A DNA stretch of 32,826 nucleotides from an uncultured Gammaproteobacteria bacterium (GTDB lineage Bacteria; Pseudomonadota; Gammaproteobacteria; CAWCPV01): NCBI GenBank assembly GCA_963797555.1, contig CAWCPV010000012.1:1-32826 (forward strand). Direction: 5' to 3'. Below the pieces are notes generated by a model. The model was not told the DNA's origin, did not search any database, and was given only the letters and a program-made list of their open reading frames with translations. Positions 20,063-27,769 of this stretch are shown piece by piece. The position numbers and the translations under genes are program-made. Positions within the stretch are counted from its first letter, which is position 1. Every line of letters starts with the position of its first letter.

Positions 20063-21427
20063 TCAGAAAGCCATCCACGCGCTCAGGAACAGGGTATTGT
20101 TGTCGGAGGCGTTGCGACCGGCCCCATCGTAGTTGTGCGCTGCACCGTCGAACTCGCTGTAGATGACGTACTGCAGCGTGAGCTGGACGTTCAGCCACGG
20201 CCAAAACGAGGGGCCGCCATTCTTGTGCAAGGGCATGTAATCGAGCTGGATGATCCAGCCGTTGCTGTTGGGGCTGCCGGTGCGACTGTCTGCGTAAAGC
20301 AGCGGGTCGGTGTTGCCGTTGATGTTGAAGTACCCGAGGTTGAACCGATACGTCTTGTCGTAGAGATAGGCGAAGCGGGCCTTGAAGGTGCGCAGCGTAT
20401 CCTCGGCATTGCTCGTCTCGCCCAGCGGCTGGCCGGCATCCCACCCCTGCTGCTCATGGATCCAACTGCTCTGGAAGGTCAGGCCGTCAACGTTGCCCAA
20501 GTATTGGTACTGGGCGTCGACCGCCACATCGGTGAAGTGGTTGGTTCCGCCGAGCTCGTCGCGCCCGAGGAAGGTATGGGCATCCAGCCCGAAGGTGCCC
20601 ACCTCCAGGGAGTGTTTGCCCCAGTTGTAGGGCAGCGCCACGCGCCAATAGGGCGCGGTGCCGTCGATCCAGTTCTCCTCGCTGGTGTTGACCCCGAAGG
20701 CGCGCTGGGTGCCGTTGGAGAGGGTGCGGTAGCCATCGAGCTCGGCATACACCCGGTGGTCGAACAGGGCATAGCCCCCGAGTCCGGCGACCTGCTGAGC
20801 GAGCCCCCCGTCGATGAGGGTGGAGGCCGCCGGGGTGGGCGCCAGATCGGAGCTGACGAAGGGAAAGCTCCACACCGGCGTGGTGTTCCAGAGGTCTTGG
20901 ACCGAGGGGTTGTTGTTGACGGTGATGCCGTAAGTGACCGGCCGTTCGGCCATCGAGGCGCTGTGCGCGTATCGGATGTCGAGGTTGTCCCAGCCGAGAT
21001 TGTGTTCCACGCCGCTATAGGTGATCTGGGCGAACATGCCGAGACTATCGAGGAGCCTGCCTCCGTAGAACACACTCGTCTCCTGCAGAGCCAGATTGTC
21101 GTTCGGGCCGAAGAACTCACCGGCCCCCTCGGGCTGGGAGGCGCTGGTATGGGTGAACGTCGGTACGAGCATTCCCGAGAAATGCCCGAACCATGAGAAC
21201 GCGTGGCTGTCCTTGACATAGCCGTTGAGCTTGAATTCCCGCCCGAACGGGGTGAGCTCCGGGAATGCCGTGTGGCACACGTTACAGCGCAACCCCGTCT
21301 GGCGGGCAAAGGAGGGAATGGCCCAGGCATCGCGGCCCGGCAGCGCGAGCGGTCCCAAGAGCAGCGACGACAGCACCACGGACAGCGAGCCAACGGATAG
21401 AAACCGCGCGACCTCGGATTTACACAT
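20063..21427 (-). CDS. cyc2: Cyc2-like fused monoheme cytochrome c - outer-membrane beta-barrel
   Basis: After a signal peptide: AIPSFARQTGLRCNVCHTAFPELTPFGREFKLNGY, the Cyc2 N-terminal signature (AxPxFARQT...CxxCH...PxL). Followed by aromatic-rich amphipathic strands and a C-terminal Phe (SAWMAF). Start ATG 21427 has a GAAGGAG RBS. Confidence 0.85.
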   Translation of the reverse strand: MCKSEVARFLSVGSLSVVLSSLLLGPLALPGRDAWAIPSFARQTGLRCNVCHTAFPELTPFGREFKLNGYVKDSHAFSWFGHFSGMLVPTFTHTSASQPEGAGEFFGPNDNLALQETSVFYGGRLLDSLGMFAQITYSGVEHNLGWDNLDIRYAHSASMAERPVTYGITVNNNPSVQDLWNTTPVWSFPFVSSDLAPTPAASTLIDGGLAQQVAGLGGYALFDHRVYAELDGYRTLSNGTQRAFGVNTSEENWIDGTAPYWRVALPYNWGKHSLEVGTFGLDAHTFLGRDELGGTNHFTDVAVDAQYQYLGNVDGLTFQSSWIHEQQGWDAGQPLGETSNAEDTLRTFKARFAYLYDKTYRFNLGYFNINGNTDPLLYADSRTGSPNSNGWIIQLDYMPLHKNGGPSFWPWLNVQLTLQYVIYSEFDGAAHNYDGAGRNASDNNTLFLSAWMAF

Positions 21428-21567
21428 CTGAGACTCCTTCGTGCCGTCGCACAGAAAATGTCGGGAAGCCGTCGGCGCCACTCCAGTTGCCAGAGACAGG
21501 AGGCAGCCCTCGCGGGCTACCTCCCTGGACTCGCTTTCGATGCATGCCCGGCGGGCATGCCACCTTG

Positions 21568-22728
21568 TCAATGCTTGACCTCGATCCTGCCATACAAGCC
21601 GTGGGACTCGCCGCCCGGACCTGCGGTGAAGAACAGCACGTCGGTGGGTTGATCGAGCACCCCGTTACCGAAACTCAATCCCCACAGGCCGTCGATGTGG
21701 ATCACACGGCCGCGGGTTTCTCGGAGCTGACCCTGGAACGTCCCGCCTGCGGGGTCGTATGCGTTGATAGCGCCGTCACCGAAGTTGCCGACCAGCAAGC
21801 GGTTGGAGAACCGTCCGAAACCCGCGGGGGCGAGCGCCAGGCCCCAGGGAGAATTGAGCTGACCGCGCGAGGCTACACGACTTAGGAGGTTGCCATCTGC
21901 GTCATATACGCGCACGAATCCGTGGCCCTGGCCCGCCACGTCGTCGTGTCTGTCCGCGTCCTGCTTCGCGTAGGTGACGTAGAGATTCCCCTGGATGTTC
22001 TGGATCCCGAACGGAGCATAGCCGTCCGGGATCTGTGGATCTTCGAAGGAACCGGAAGGCGCCACCGGCTGGAAGTTCTTGTCGAACACCGCGATCCTTC
22101 CGTTATGAAAGTCCGTGGCATAGAGGAAGTGCCCCTTCCCGTTGGCCGCCAATGCCAGCCCCTTGTAGATATCCCCGGAGCCCGAGTAGCCCGAGTTGGG
22201 GACCACGAGGATGGCGTTATCAGGATCCACAGTCGGATTCCAGCCGGCGATGGTGCCGTCCTCGGTCGCGAAGATGAACAGCGCCGGCTTGCCTGGAGCG
22301 ACCGCAAAGTCCGAGGAGCTGTTGAACACGATGCCCGTCGGCGCAGACGGGCCGTCCGGCCCCGGAATGGTGACCACCAAGGGGGACGCCAACGGGAATG
22401 CATTCCCGTCGCCGTCGTAGAGCGACGAGACACCGCTCCCGTTGTCGTTCACCCAGGCGGGGCCGTTGGGGTTGAACACGATGCCCCACGCATTCACGAG
22501 GTTCGGGTCCTGATGGTCGGCAGCCTCGGGCAGGTCTGAAACCAAGTTGTGCACCTCGTAAGCCCTGGGGGCCTCCGAACGCTCCTGCGCGCCAACGGCC
22601 GGCGCGGCGGAGACACACAGGGTGAGCAGAAGGGGAAGCGGTAAGCGCCTCACGGTGACTCCTCCTCCGGGTGTCGGGCGGTAACGGGTGAAGCTGAGCG
22701 CACTTGCGGCTGGGCGTGACGTCTTCAT
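21568..22728 (-). CDS. TIGR03118 family secreted protein
   Basis: YEVHNLVSD...DPNLVNAWGI...WVNDNGSG, PTGIVFN, FIFATEDGTIAGWNP, YAPFGIQ, LNSPWGLA, LLVGNFGDG, IDGLWGL and LFFTAGP..ESHGLYG. An alternative start, GTG 22653 after GGAGGAGG, gives a cleaner signal peptide. Confidence 0.88.
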   Translation of the reverse strand: MKTSRPAASALSFTRYRPTPGGGVTVRRLPLPLLLTLCVSAAPAVGAQERSEAPRAYEVHNLVSDLPEAADHQDPNLVNAWGIVFNPNGPAWVNDNGSGVSSLYDGDGNAFPLASPLVVTIPGPDGPSAPTGIVFNSSSDFAVAPGKPALFIFATEDGTIAGWNPTVDPDNAILVVPNSGYSGSGDIYKGLALAANGKGHFLYATDFHNGRIAVFDKNFQPVAPSGSFEDPQIPDGYAPFGIQNIQGNLYVTYAKQDADRHDDVAGQGHGFVRVYDADGNLLSRVASRGQLNSPWGLALAPAGFGRFSNRLLVGNFGDGAINAYDPAGGTFQGQLRETRGRVIHIDGLWGLSFGNGVLDQPTDVLFFTAGPGGESHGLYGRIEVKH

Positions 22729-22801
22729 GGGCTATTCCTCCATTAGGGGGTGGGGTCGACAGCGGCGAAATGAGGCCGCCGGAATCCGCGGCCGCTGTCG
22801 G

Positions 22802-22884
22802 CTTGGGGGAATCATCTCGCCGCGCCGCGCCGCAGTCATAAGCTTGTGGTTAATTCTCGGTAATATTTCGGTAAGCCAAGGATG
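22802..22884 (-). promoter_or_regulatory. Promoter block copy B, oriented toward the TIGR03118-cyc2-cytochrome c operon
   Basis: Minus strand TTACC-N6-TTACC-N6-TAACC-N6-TTATG (11-bp period), then ATGACT(22839-22834)-N17-GATGAT(22816-22811). Homologous to 9844-9926. Confidence 0.75.
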
Positions 22885-22904
22885 CAGCTGCGACTACACA
22901 ACGC

Positions 22905-23012
22905 GTGGTGGATGGCCCGGTAATCTTCGGCCCGCTTCGCCCAGGCCTGGCCAAGCGGTGCTCGCGGCGGGACGTCACCCTGACAGGGCTCCCGCCTCCT
23001 TCGACCCACTGA
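22905..23012 (+). pseudogene. 35-codon remnant of a paralog of the wHTH-STAND regulator (N-terminus only)
   Basis: Translates VVDGPVIFGPLRPGLAKRCSRRD..., against VVETSVIFGPFRLDLANQCLWRD at 9823. It sits at the same position relative to the duplicated promoter block. Confidence 0.75.
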
Positions 23013-23265
23013 ATCGAGTCTCCGAACCTCCTTGTCCCTCGGAGACGATAACGCCGCGTGGAGCGCGCGGATGCCTTCCGGGACAGCCGTGTCCGGTTAT
23101 ACTGAGACAGACGCGCTTGGGACGCGTCTGGTGGGCGGGTGGGGCGCGCTTCCGGTCAGGCGATGCCAGGGCAGATAGATCAACAGCCGGAGACGCAGCC
23201 TGGCCCCAGACGACAATGTGTTCCAACAGGCGGATGTCCAATCCGTCAGTTTGGGGAGGGCGATC

Positions 23266-24351
23266 ATGGATCTCCAGCCTTCTGATTTGAAAAAGTACAG
23301 TTATTTCTCGAGCCTTTCCGACGGTGGAATCGAGGCGCTGAGTAAAAAACTCGGGATCGTGAATTTTCCTGCCGGCACCGTGATGGTCGAAGAAGGCGCT
23401 GTCGGCGACTCGTTCTTCTTTGTCAACCAGGGAAGGCTCGAGGTGATCAAGAAAACGAGGCACGGACCCGATGCCAAGCTCACGGTCATCGGCAGCGGTC
23501 AGGGATTCGGCGAGATGGCGCTGCTCACGTGCTCTGTCCGATCGAGCTCGGTCCGCGCGATGACGGACGTCACGCTCTACGAGCTGTCGAAAGCGGATTT
23601 CGAAGACATCGTGCTCCACGAATCCGCGTTTAAGGACATGCTGGGAAAGAGGGTCGAGGATTACAGCCGATACAACAGGGTCAAGACTCTGCAGCCCTTC
23701 GCCCTGCTCGAGCCCGACAAGATGTACGCCCTCTTGTCGAGAATGAGGCGACAAAGATTCGCTGCGGGTAAAAACATCATCGTCCAGGGCGAAAAAGGCG
23801 ACTATTACTACATCATCGAGTCCGGCCGCGTCGCCGTGTTGCAAAAGGAGAAGGGTGATCAAGAAGCGAAACAGGTGGCGGTGCTGGGCGAGGGGGACGG
23901 CTTCGGAGAAGAGGCGCTGATCCGAAACGATCCACGCAATGCCACCTGTAGGGCAATCGAGGATACGACCCTGTGCGTGCTCGACAAGGCGGACTTCGCC
24001 CAGGTCCTGGGATCATCCTTTCTGGAATTCGTCTTCTCCGAAGACCTCGACACGGATACCTATCTGGACAAGTACGTGATCATCGATACACGGATTCCTC
24101 AGGAATACGAAGAAGAACACATCCACGGGGCGCTGAGCATTCCGCTAGAGTTACTGCGCACGGACTTCGGTGCTCTCGATCCGGACAAGGAATACATCAC
24201 ATATTGCACCAATGATGCACGGGGAATGGTTGCGGCGTTCCTGCTGAGGAATCATGGGCTCAAGGCCAAATGTCTGCGCGGCGGGCTGAGCGGCTGGACC
24301 GGACCCGTGGTAACGGGCCATGACGGCGTGCACATGCCTGAGAGCTTGTGA
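23266..24351 (+). CDS. Tandem cyclic-nucleotide-binding domains + C-terminal rhodanese domain
   Basis: Two cNMP folds (GQGFGEMALL...RSSSVRA and GDGFGEEALI...RNATCRA) plus rhodanese motifs IIDTR..EYEEEHIHGA, YCTNDARG and LRGGLSGW. GGGAGG RBS before ATG 23266. Confidence 0.9.
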   Translation: MDLQPSDLKKYSYFSSLSDGGIEALSKKLGIVNFPAGTVMVEEGAVGDSFFFVNQGRLEVIKKTRHGPDAKLTVIGSGQGFGEMALLTCSVRSSSVRAMTDVTLYELSKADFEDIVLHESAFKDMLGKRVEDYSRYNRVKTLQPFALLEPDKMYALLSRMRRQRFAAGKNIIVQGEKGDYYYIIESGRVAVLQKEKGDQEAKQVAVLGEGDGFGEEALIRNDPRNATCRAIEDTTLCVLDKADFAQVLGSSFLEFVFSEDLDTDTYLDKYVIIDTRIPQEYEEEHIHGALSIPLELLRTDFGALDPDKEYITYCTNDARGMVAAFLLRNHGLKAKCLRGGLSGWTGPVVTGHDGVHMPESL

Positions 24352-24386
24352 ATAAATCTGCTGCGCGACGATTTCTTCACAAGCTC
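24342..24386. mobile_element. 45-bp minimal copy of the 3272-3562 MITE (terminal repeats only)
   Basis: GAGCTTGTGAATAAATC-TGCTGCGCGAC-GATTTCTTCACAAGCTC flanked by TGA/TGA. The inner TGCTG and GCGAC match the long copy. Confidence 0.75.
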
Positions 24387-24454
24387 TGAGCACGGGTCAA
24401 GGAGCGGGCACCCAGTCGCGGTTGCCGCACTCCCGAAGTCTGTCGTCTCGACGC

Positions 24455-24586
24455 ACGCTGCGCAGATGCAACTTCCAGCGCCTCACCTGCTGGCGAATCG
24501 CCTTCGCGGGTTGGTTGCTGATAGCCGGGGTGAAGTTGATGAAAGTCTTACCCCACCGGTACGAAACGTGTACCCCAAAAGAAATC
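24455..24586 (-). pseudogene. Fragment of a group II intron reverse transcriptase/maturase
   Basis: With small indels it reads DF-LGYTFR..WGKTFINFTPAISNQPAKAIRQQVRRWKLHLRS (RT7 motif into the thumb/X domain). It is cut off at the ISL3-like end at 24588. Confidence 0.7.
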
Positions 24587-24587
24587 G

Positions 24588-25037
24588 GGTTCCTCTCAGG
24601 AATCGGTGCACAGTGAGGGGGGCTGAGCGTTGAAGAGCATGGGTCTCATCAGGTACTTAGAAGATGCCAATCGTTCTAGGTATCTGGAGAGGGGACTCAT
24701 GCTCTTGGAAAGTCTGGTCAAAGCGACGGTGGAATTGCAAGGGTTTCGGGTAGTCACGGTGGGAGGCGACTTAACGGGTCTGGTGGCTGAGCTTGCGCCG
24801 GATGGACGCTACGCGCCTCGGTGCGGGTGTTGTGGTCGAACGGCGAGCTACCGAGACACCCGGGCCGTTCGTCGGTTTCGTCACGTCCCGATAGGGGGGA
24901 TTGCGGTGAGCCTGAGCTACGCGCCTCGTCGCGTCAGCTGCGGGCAGTGCGCCGGTGTGCACGTCGAGGCGATGCCGTGGGCTTGTGGGAAGCAGCGCTT
25001 AAGCCGTGCGCTGGTGGTGACGCTTGCCACGTGGGCT
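24588..25037 (+). mobile_element. Truncated ISL3-family element (left end + N-terminal zinc-finger part of the transposase, ATG 24699)
   Basis: GGTTCCTCTCAGGAAT end and transposase start MLLESLVKATVELQGFRV...PRCGCCG...RRFRHVP...YAPRRVSCGQC.GVHVEAMPWA. It breaks off against the integrase remnant. Confidence 0.75.
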
Positions 25038-25339
25038 GGCGGTGGTGCGCCGGGTTGATGCCTCGCTTCACCAGTGCCCGCGACTTGGCGCGCTCTTCCC
25101 GCGCTTCGGCCAGCATAAAGCGCCCGCCGTCGCGCCGTGCCTTCGCCTGCTTTCGGTCTCTGTAGCCGGGGCCGGACAATAGTCGCCGATGGCGTGCACG
25201 CTCTCGTTGCGAAACGATAGCGCCATGACCTCACCCCCCTTAGGCGTCACTTCGAGATACACCCCCTTGCCGTCGGTGAGCTTGTGAGGCGTGGCGCGAG
25301 GCTTGGCATTCCTGCATTGCGTGTCATTCAGTACGGCAT
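25038..25339 (-). pseudogene. P4-like tyrosine integrase, arm-type DNA-binding domain only, frameshifted and truncated
   Basis: LNDTQCRNAKPRATPHKLTDGKGVYLEVTPKG / SWRYRF / ESVHAIGDY / ARRDGGRFMLAEAREERAKSRALVKRGINP across three frames. No catalytic domain follows. Confidence 0.85.
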
Positions 25340-25344
25340 AACCT

Positions 25345-25608
25345 TCATACCCCTTCATACCCGGTTGTTCGCCCGGTCTCAGCATGTCGTACCCGGTTTT
25401 TGCCGAGAGGTTAAGAGATGCCGTGAAGTGAGAACAGAGACCCCAGTATTAGCGGAGCTTGGATGGGGATATTGAGACTTCGTGAGGTTGTGTGAGATTA
25501 GCCGTTCGGCCTTCACGTTGAACCGCTATATTCAGCCACAGGCCGCGACGCTACGGCGACATGAGTATCGCTCAAGGCATGTTGTACCCGGTTCCATACC
25601 CGGTTTTG
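25345..25608. other. attP-like site: integrase arm-type repeats on both sides of a putative core
   Basis: TACCCGGTT occurs four times: CATACCCGGTT at 25356 and 25595, GCATGT(C/T)GTACCCGGTT at 25382 and 25577. All lie immediately upstream of the integrase. Confidence 0.6.
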
Positions 25609-25882
25609 TGAGCGCGTTATCACCATCCCCCACCGGCTCCTCCTCCAAGGCCGCTTCGACCAGTGAGCGTCGCACTGGACGAACTCCTCGACGAGGTTGG
25701 GCGCCGTCGGGCACGGTGCTTTCAGAGGATGAGCAGTGCGAACCGGTGCAGCCGCCGACCTGCTCGCTGGTCCCCTTGGACATCTCACGCTCCGCCCACG
25801 CCGTATCGGTACGGCCGATTTTGCGAAACAGCGTCACCCCTTGTCGGGAACCGTTCTCCGCAAACGAATCAAGCCACCCATG

Positions 25883-26476
25883 TCACAGCCCGCACCGCCG
25901 CAACACGGCCGCCAGGCTCGCCCTGACAAGCTCATGGTGCCTTGCGGTCAGCCGCAGGAACGTCCTCCAGTGCATCCCTTTCGGCTTCCCGCCCGGGGCT
26001 GTTCAGCATTCCCGGCCGCCAGACCAGTCGCGCCCGGATCTTCTCCGCCCGCCTGGCAAAGCGGTCGTAAGCCTCCTCCCGCTGACTGCGATAGGCCAGC
26101 CGATAACAGCGCCGACAGGCGAAGATCCTGCCGCCGTAATCGCCACCCGCCCGCCACAGCCGACCGCGGGGCAGCGAAACCACACTCGCGCCCCGCCGTA
26201 GTTGCAAGGTGTCCAATCCAGGCGCACCGGGTAGCACTCATCCTTCCACTCCCCGTCGCCCTGTCGGTACCGGTAGGTCAGGATGACCCGATCAGCCTCC
26301 GCCCGCACTTCAATCCAGGCCACGGGTTCACTATCGCTCGTCCACTGCCAGCGGAAGGCCCGGCCCGGTGTCAGAAAACCCTCCCGCTGCCAGCGCCGCA
26401 CGTCGAGCTGGCGGTAATCGCCAGTACATTCAGCCGCGCCATCATGCCAGTACCGGCCGCTACCTCTGCCGCCCAT
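25883..26476 (-). pseudogene. Phage/island-associated conserved hypothetical Zn-finger-like protein (MGGxGSG type), two frameshifts
   Basis: MGGRGSGR...PCNYGGARVWFRCPAVGCGGRV / YGGRIFACRRCYRLAYRSQRE...KIRARL / KPKGMHWRTFLRL, ending at TGA 25883. Confidence 0.7.
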
Positions 26477-26726
26477 TCTCAGCCGCCGGATTTAGCCGAA
26501 ATCATTAGGCAAAGCTACCCCGCAATCCACGCAAGCCGCGCCGTCATTGGCTTGGCGCACGATCTTCTGCCGTTCCATCGTTCATCGTCCCCCAGTGTGC
26601 GGGGCGGATAAATCACTCGTCTACCGGTCACGCGCCGCACTTCTCAAGCGCCCGCATGGCCTTGTCCAAAATACTGCGCACCGCTATAGGCCACTGCGGC
26701 TGGCGGGTGGCGGCCTGAAGCTCAAT

Positions 26727-27068
26727 CTAGGGATAACCTTTCGGTCCAGCCGCGCAACGGTCAGGGGCACCCCAGCGCCGTTCGTCCAGGGTGCGATCCC
26801 CGCTCATCGCTGCCCCCGCCGATTTCGCGCGGTTCTGGACCAGCAGCTCGATGGACGCCTCGCTCAGCCGCGTACCGGACCCCCCTGTCCCTGTGCGCAT
26901 CTTCTCGATGCCCGCAGCGAATGCCTCATCGCTTATCCGTGCATGGAGTTCGGCGAGGTGGCGTTCCAACTCCTCCACGCTTAGTGACCGGAACCGCTGC
27001 TCATGGCTGTGGGCATAGCGCTGGGCTGCTGCCGCCTCAAGGCGCGCCACTCGGGTCTTGAGGCTCAT
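26727..27068 (-). CDS. Hypothetical protein of the integrative island
   Basis: ATGA overlap with the upstream DUF5681 gene. The MSLKTRVARLE start resembles small island genes that follow DUF5681 genes. Confidence 0.55.
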   Translation of the reverse strand: MSLKTRVARLEAAAAQRYAHSHEQRFRSLSVEELERHLAELHARISDEAFAAGIEKMRTGTGGSGTRLSEASIELLVQNRAKSAGAAMSGDRTLDERRWGAPDRCAAGPKGYP

Positions 27069-27469
27069 CGGGTCGCGTTCCTCTGCTCCAGGGCCTGGAT
27101 GCGCTGTTCCAGTTCCCCCACCTCGGTAATGCGCGCCTGTGCGGCCAGCGCCTGCAGCAGCCTGCCTGCCTCGGAGGGGGCGAGCTGGCCTCGTCCCATC
27201 GCCGCGAGGATGCCTTGCCCCTGCTCGGTCAAGGTGCCCTGCAGCTCGCCCAACTCCACGGGCTCATCCCGCGGCCTCACCGGCGCCATCAGCCGATCCA
27301 GGCACAGCCGCAAGGCCGCAGTGTCGCCCCCAAGGGCGAGGTCCACAGCCTTCTTCACCAACACATCGGCATGGGGCTGGAGCAGCGCCCGCAGCCCGGT
27401 GCGCTTGTCCTTGGCACCCTTGGGCTTGCCTCTGGGATTGCCCGATCGCCCCGCCTGGAACTGTGCCAT
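27065..27469 (-). CDS. DUF5681-domain protein (phage/satellite packaging-region type)
   Basis: QFQAGRSGNPRGKPKGAKDK...AVDLALGGDTAALRLCLDRL...ELEQRIQALE. Confidence 0.8.
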   Translation of the reverse strand: MAQFQAGRSGNPRGKPKGAKDKRTGLRALLQPHADVLVKKAVDLALGGDTAALRLCLDRLMAPVRPRDEPVELGELQGTLTEQGQGILAAMGRGQLAPSEAGRLLQALAAQARITEVGELEQRIQALEQRNATR

Positions 27470-27614
27470 CGCCTGATAGTTGCCTGTAAATTTCACGGAC
27501 TGTGCTTACGGCTCAGCCGCATTGAAAGCCCCGACCAGAGCCATTGTAACCCGAGATCCCGCGATCGGAACGTTGTCAAGGGGTTAGAGCGGGATGAGGG
27601 CATCCAGTGCTGTC

Positions 27615-27675
27615 GTGAAACGCCTGGCGCGGACCCGCATGCGGGGTGGTATGGGGAGGGAGGGCGAAACGCTCG
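27615..27675 (+). other. Degenerate group II intron domain V/VI remnant
   Basis: GAAACGCCTGGCGCGGACCCGCATGCGGGGTGGTATGGGGAGGGAGGGCGAAACGCTC resembles a IIC-type DV-DVI. No intact 5' end is seen nearby. Confidence 0.55.
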
Positions 27676-27769
27676 TTGGTGCATGCACACCCGCACCGAG
27701 GCGGTCACGTACGCTAGGAAATGTGGGGCCCGTTGTCACCGAGCAACGGCAGTCGCCGGGTCTCCCGCC

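Noticed and set aside
24455-24586. Retron, DGR or defence RT system
   Set aside because: Only ~45 codons of group II-type RT/thumb sequence, with no YADD region, template/variable repeats or msr-msd.
25495-25535. att core as the 3' end of ychF (FRFNV*) or a tRNA
   Set aside because: It reads RFNVKAERL with no stop after V and shows no tRNA T-arm/CCA pattern, so the target gene cannot be named from sequence alone.
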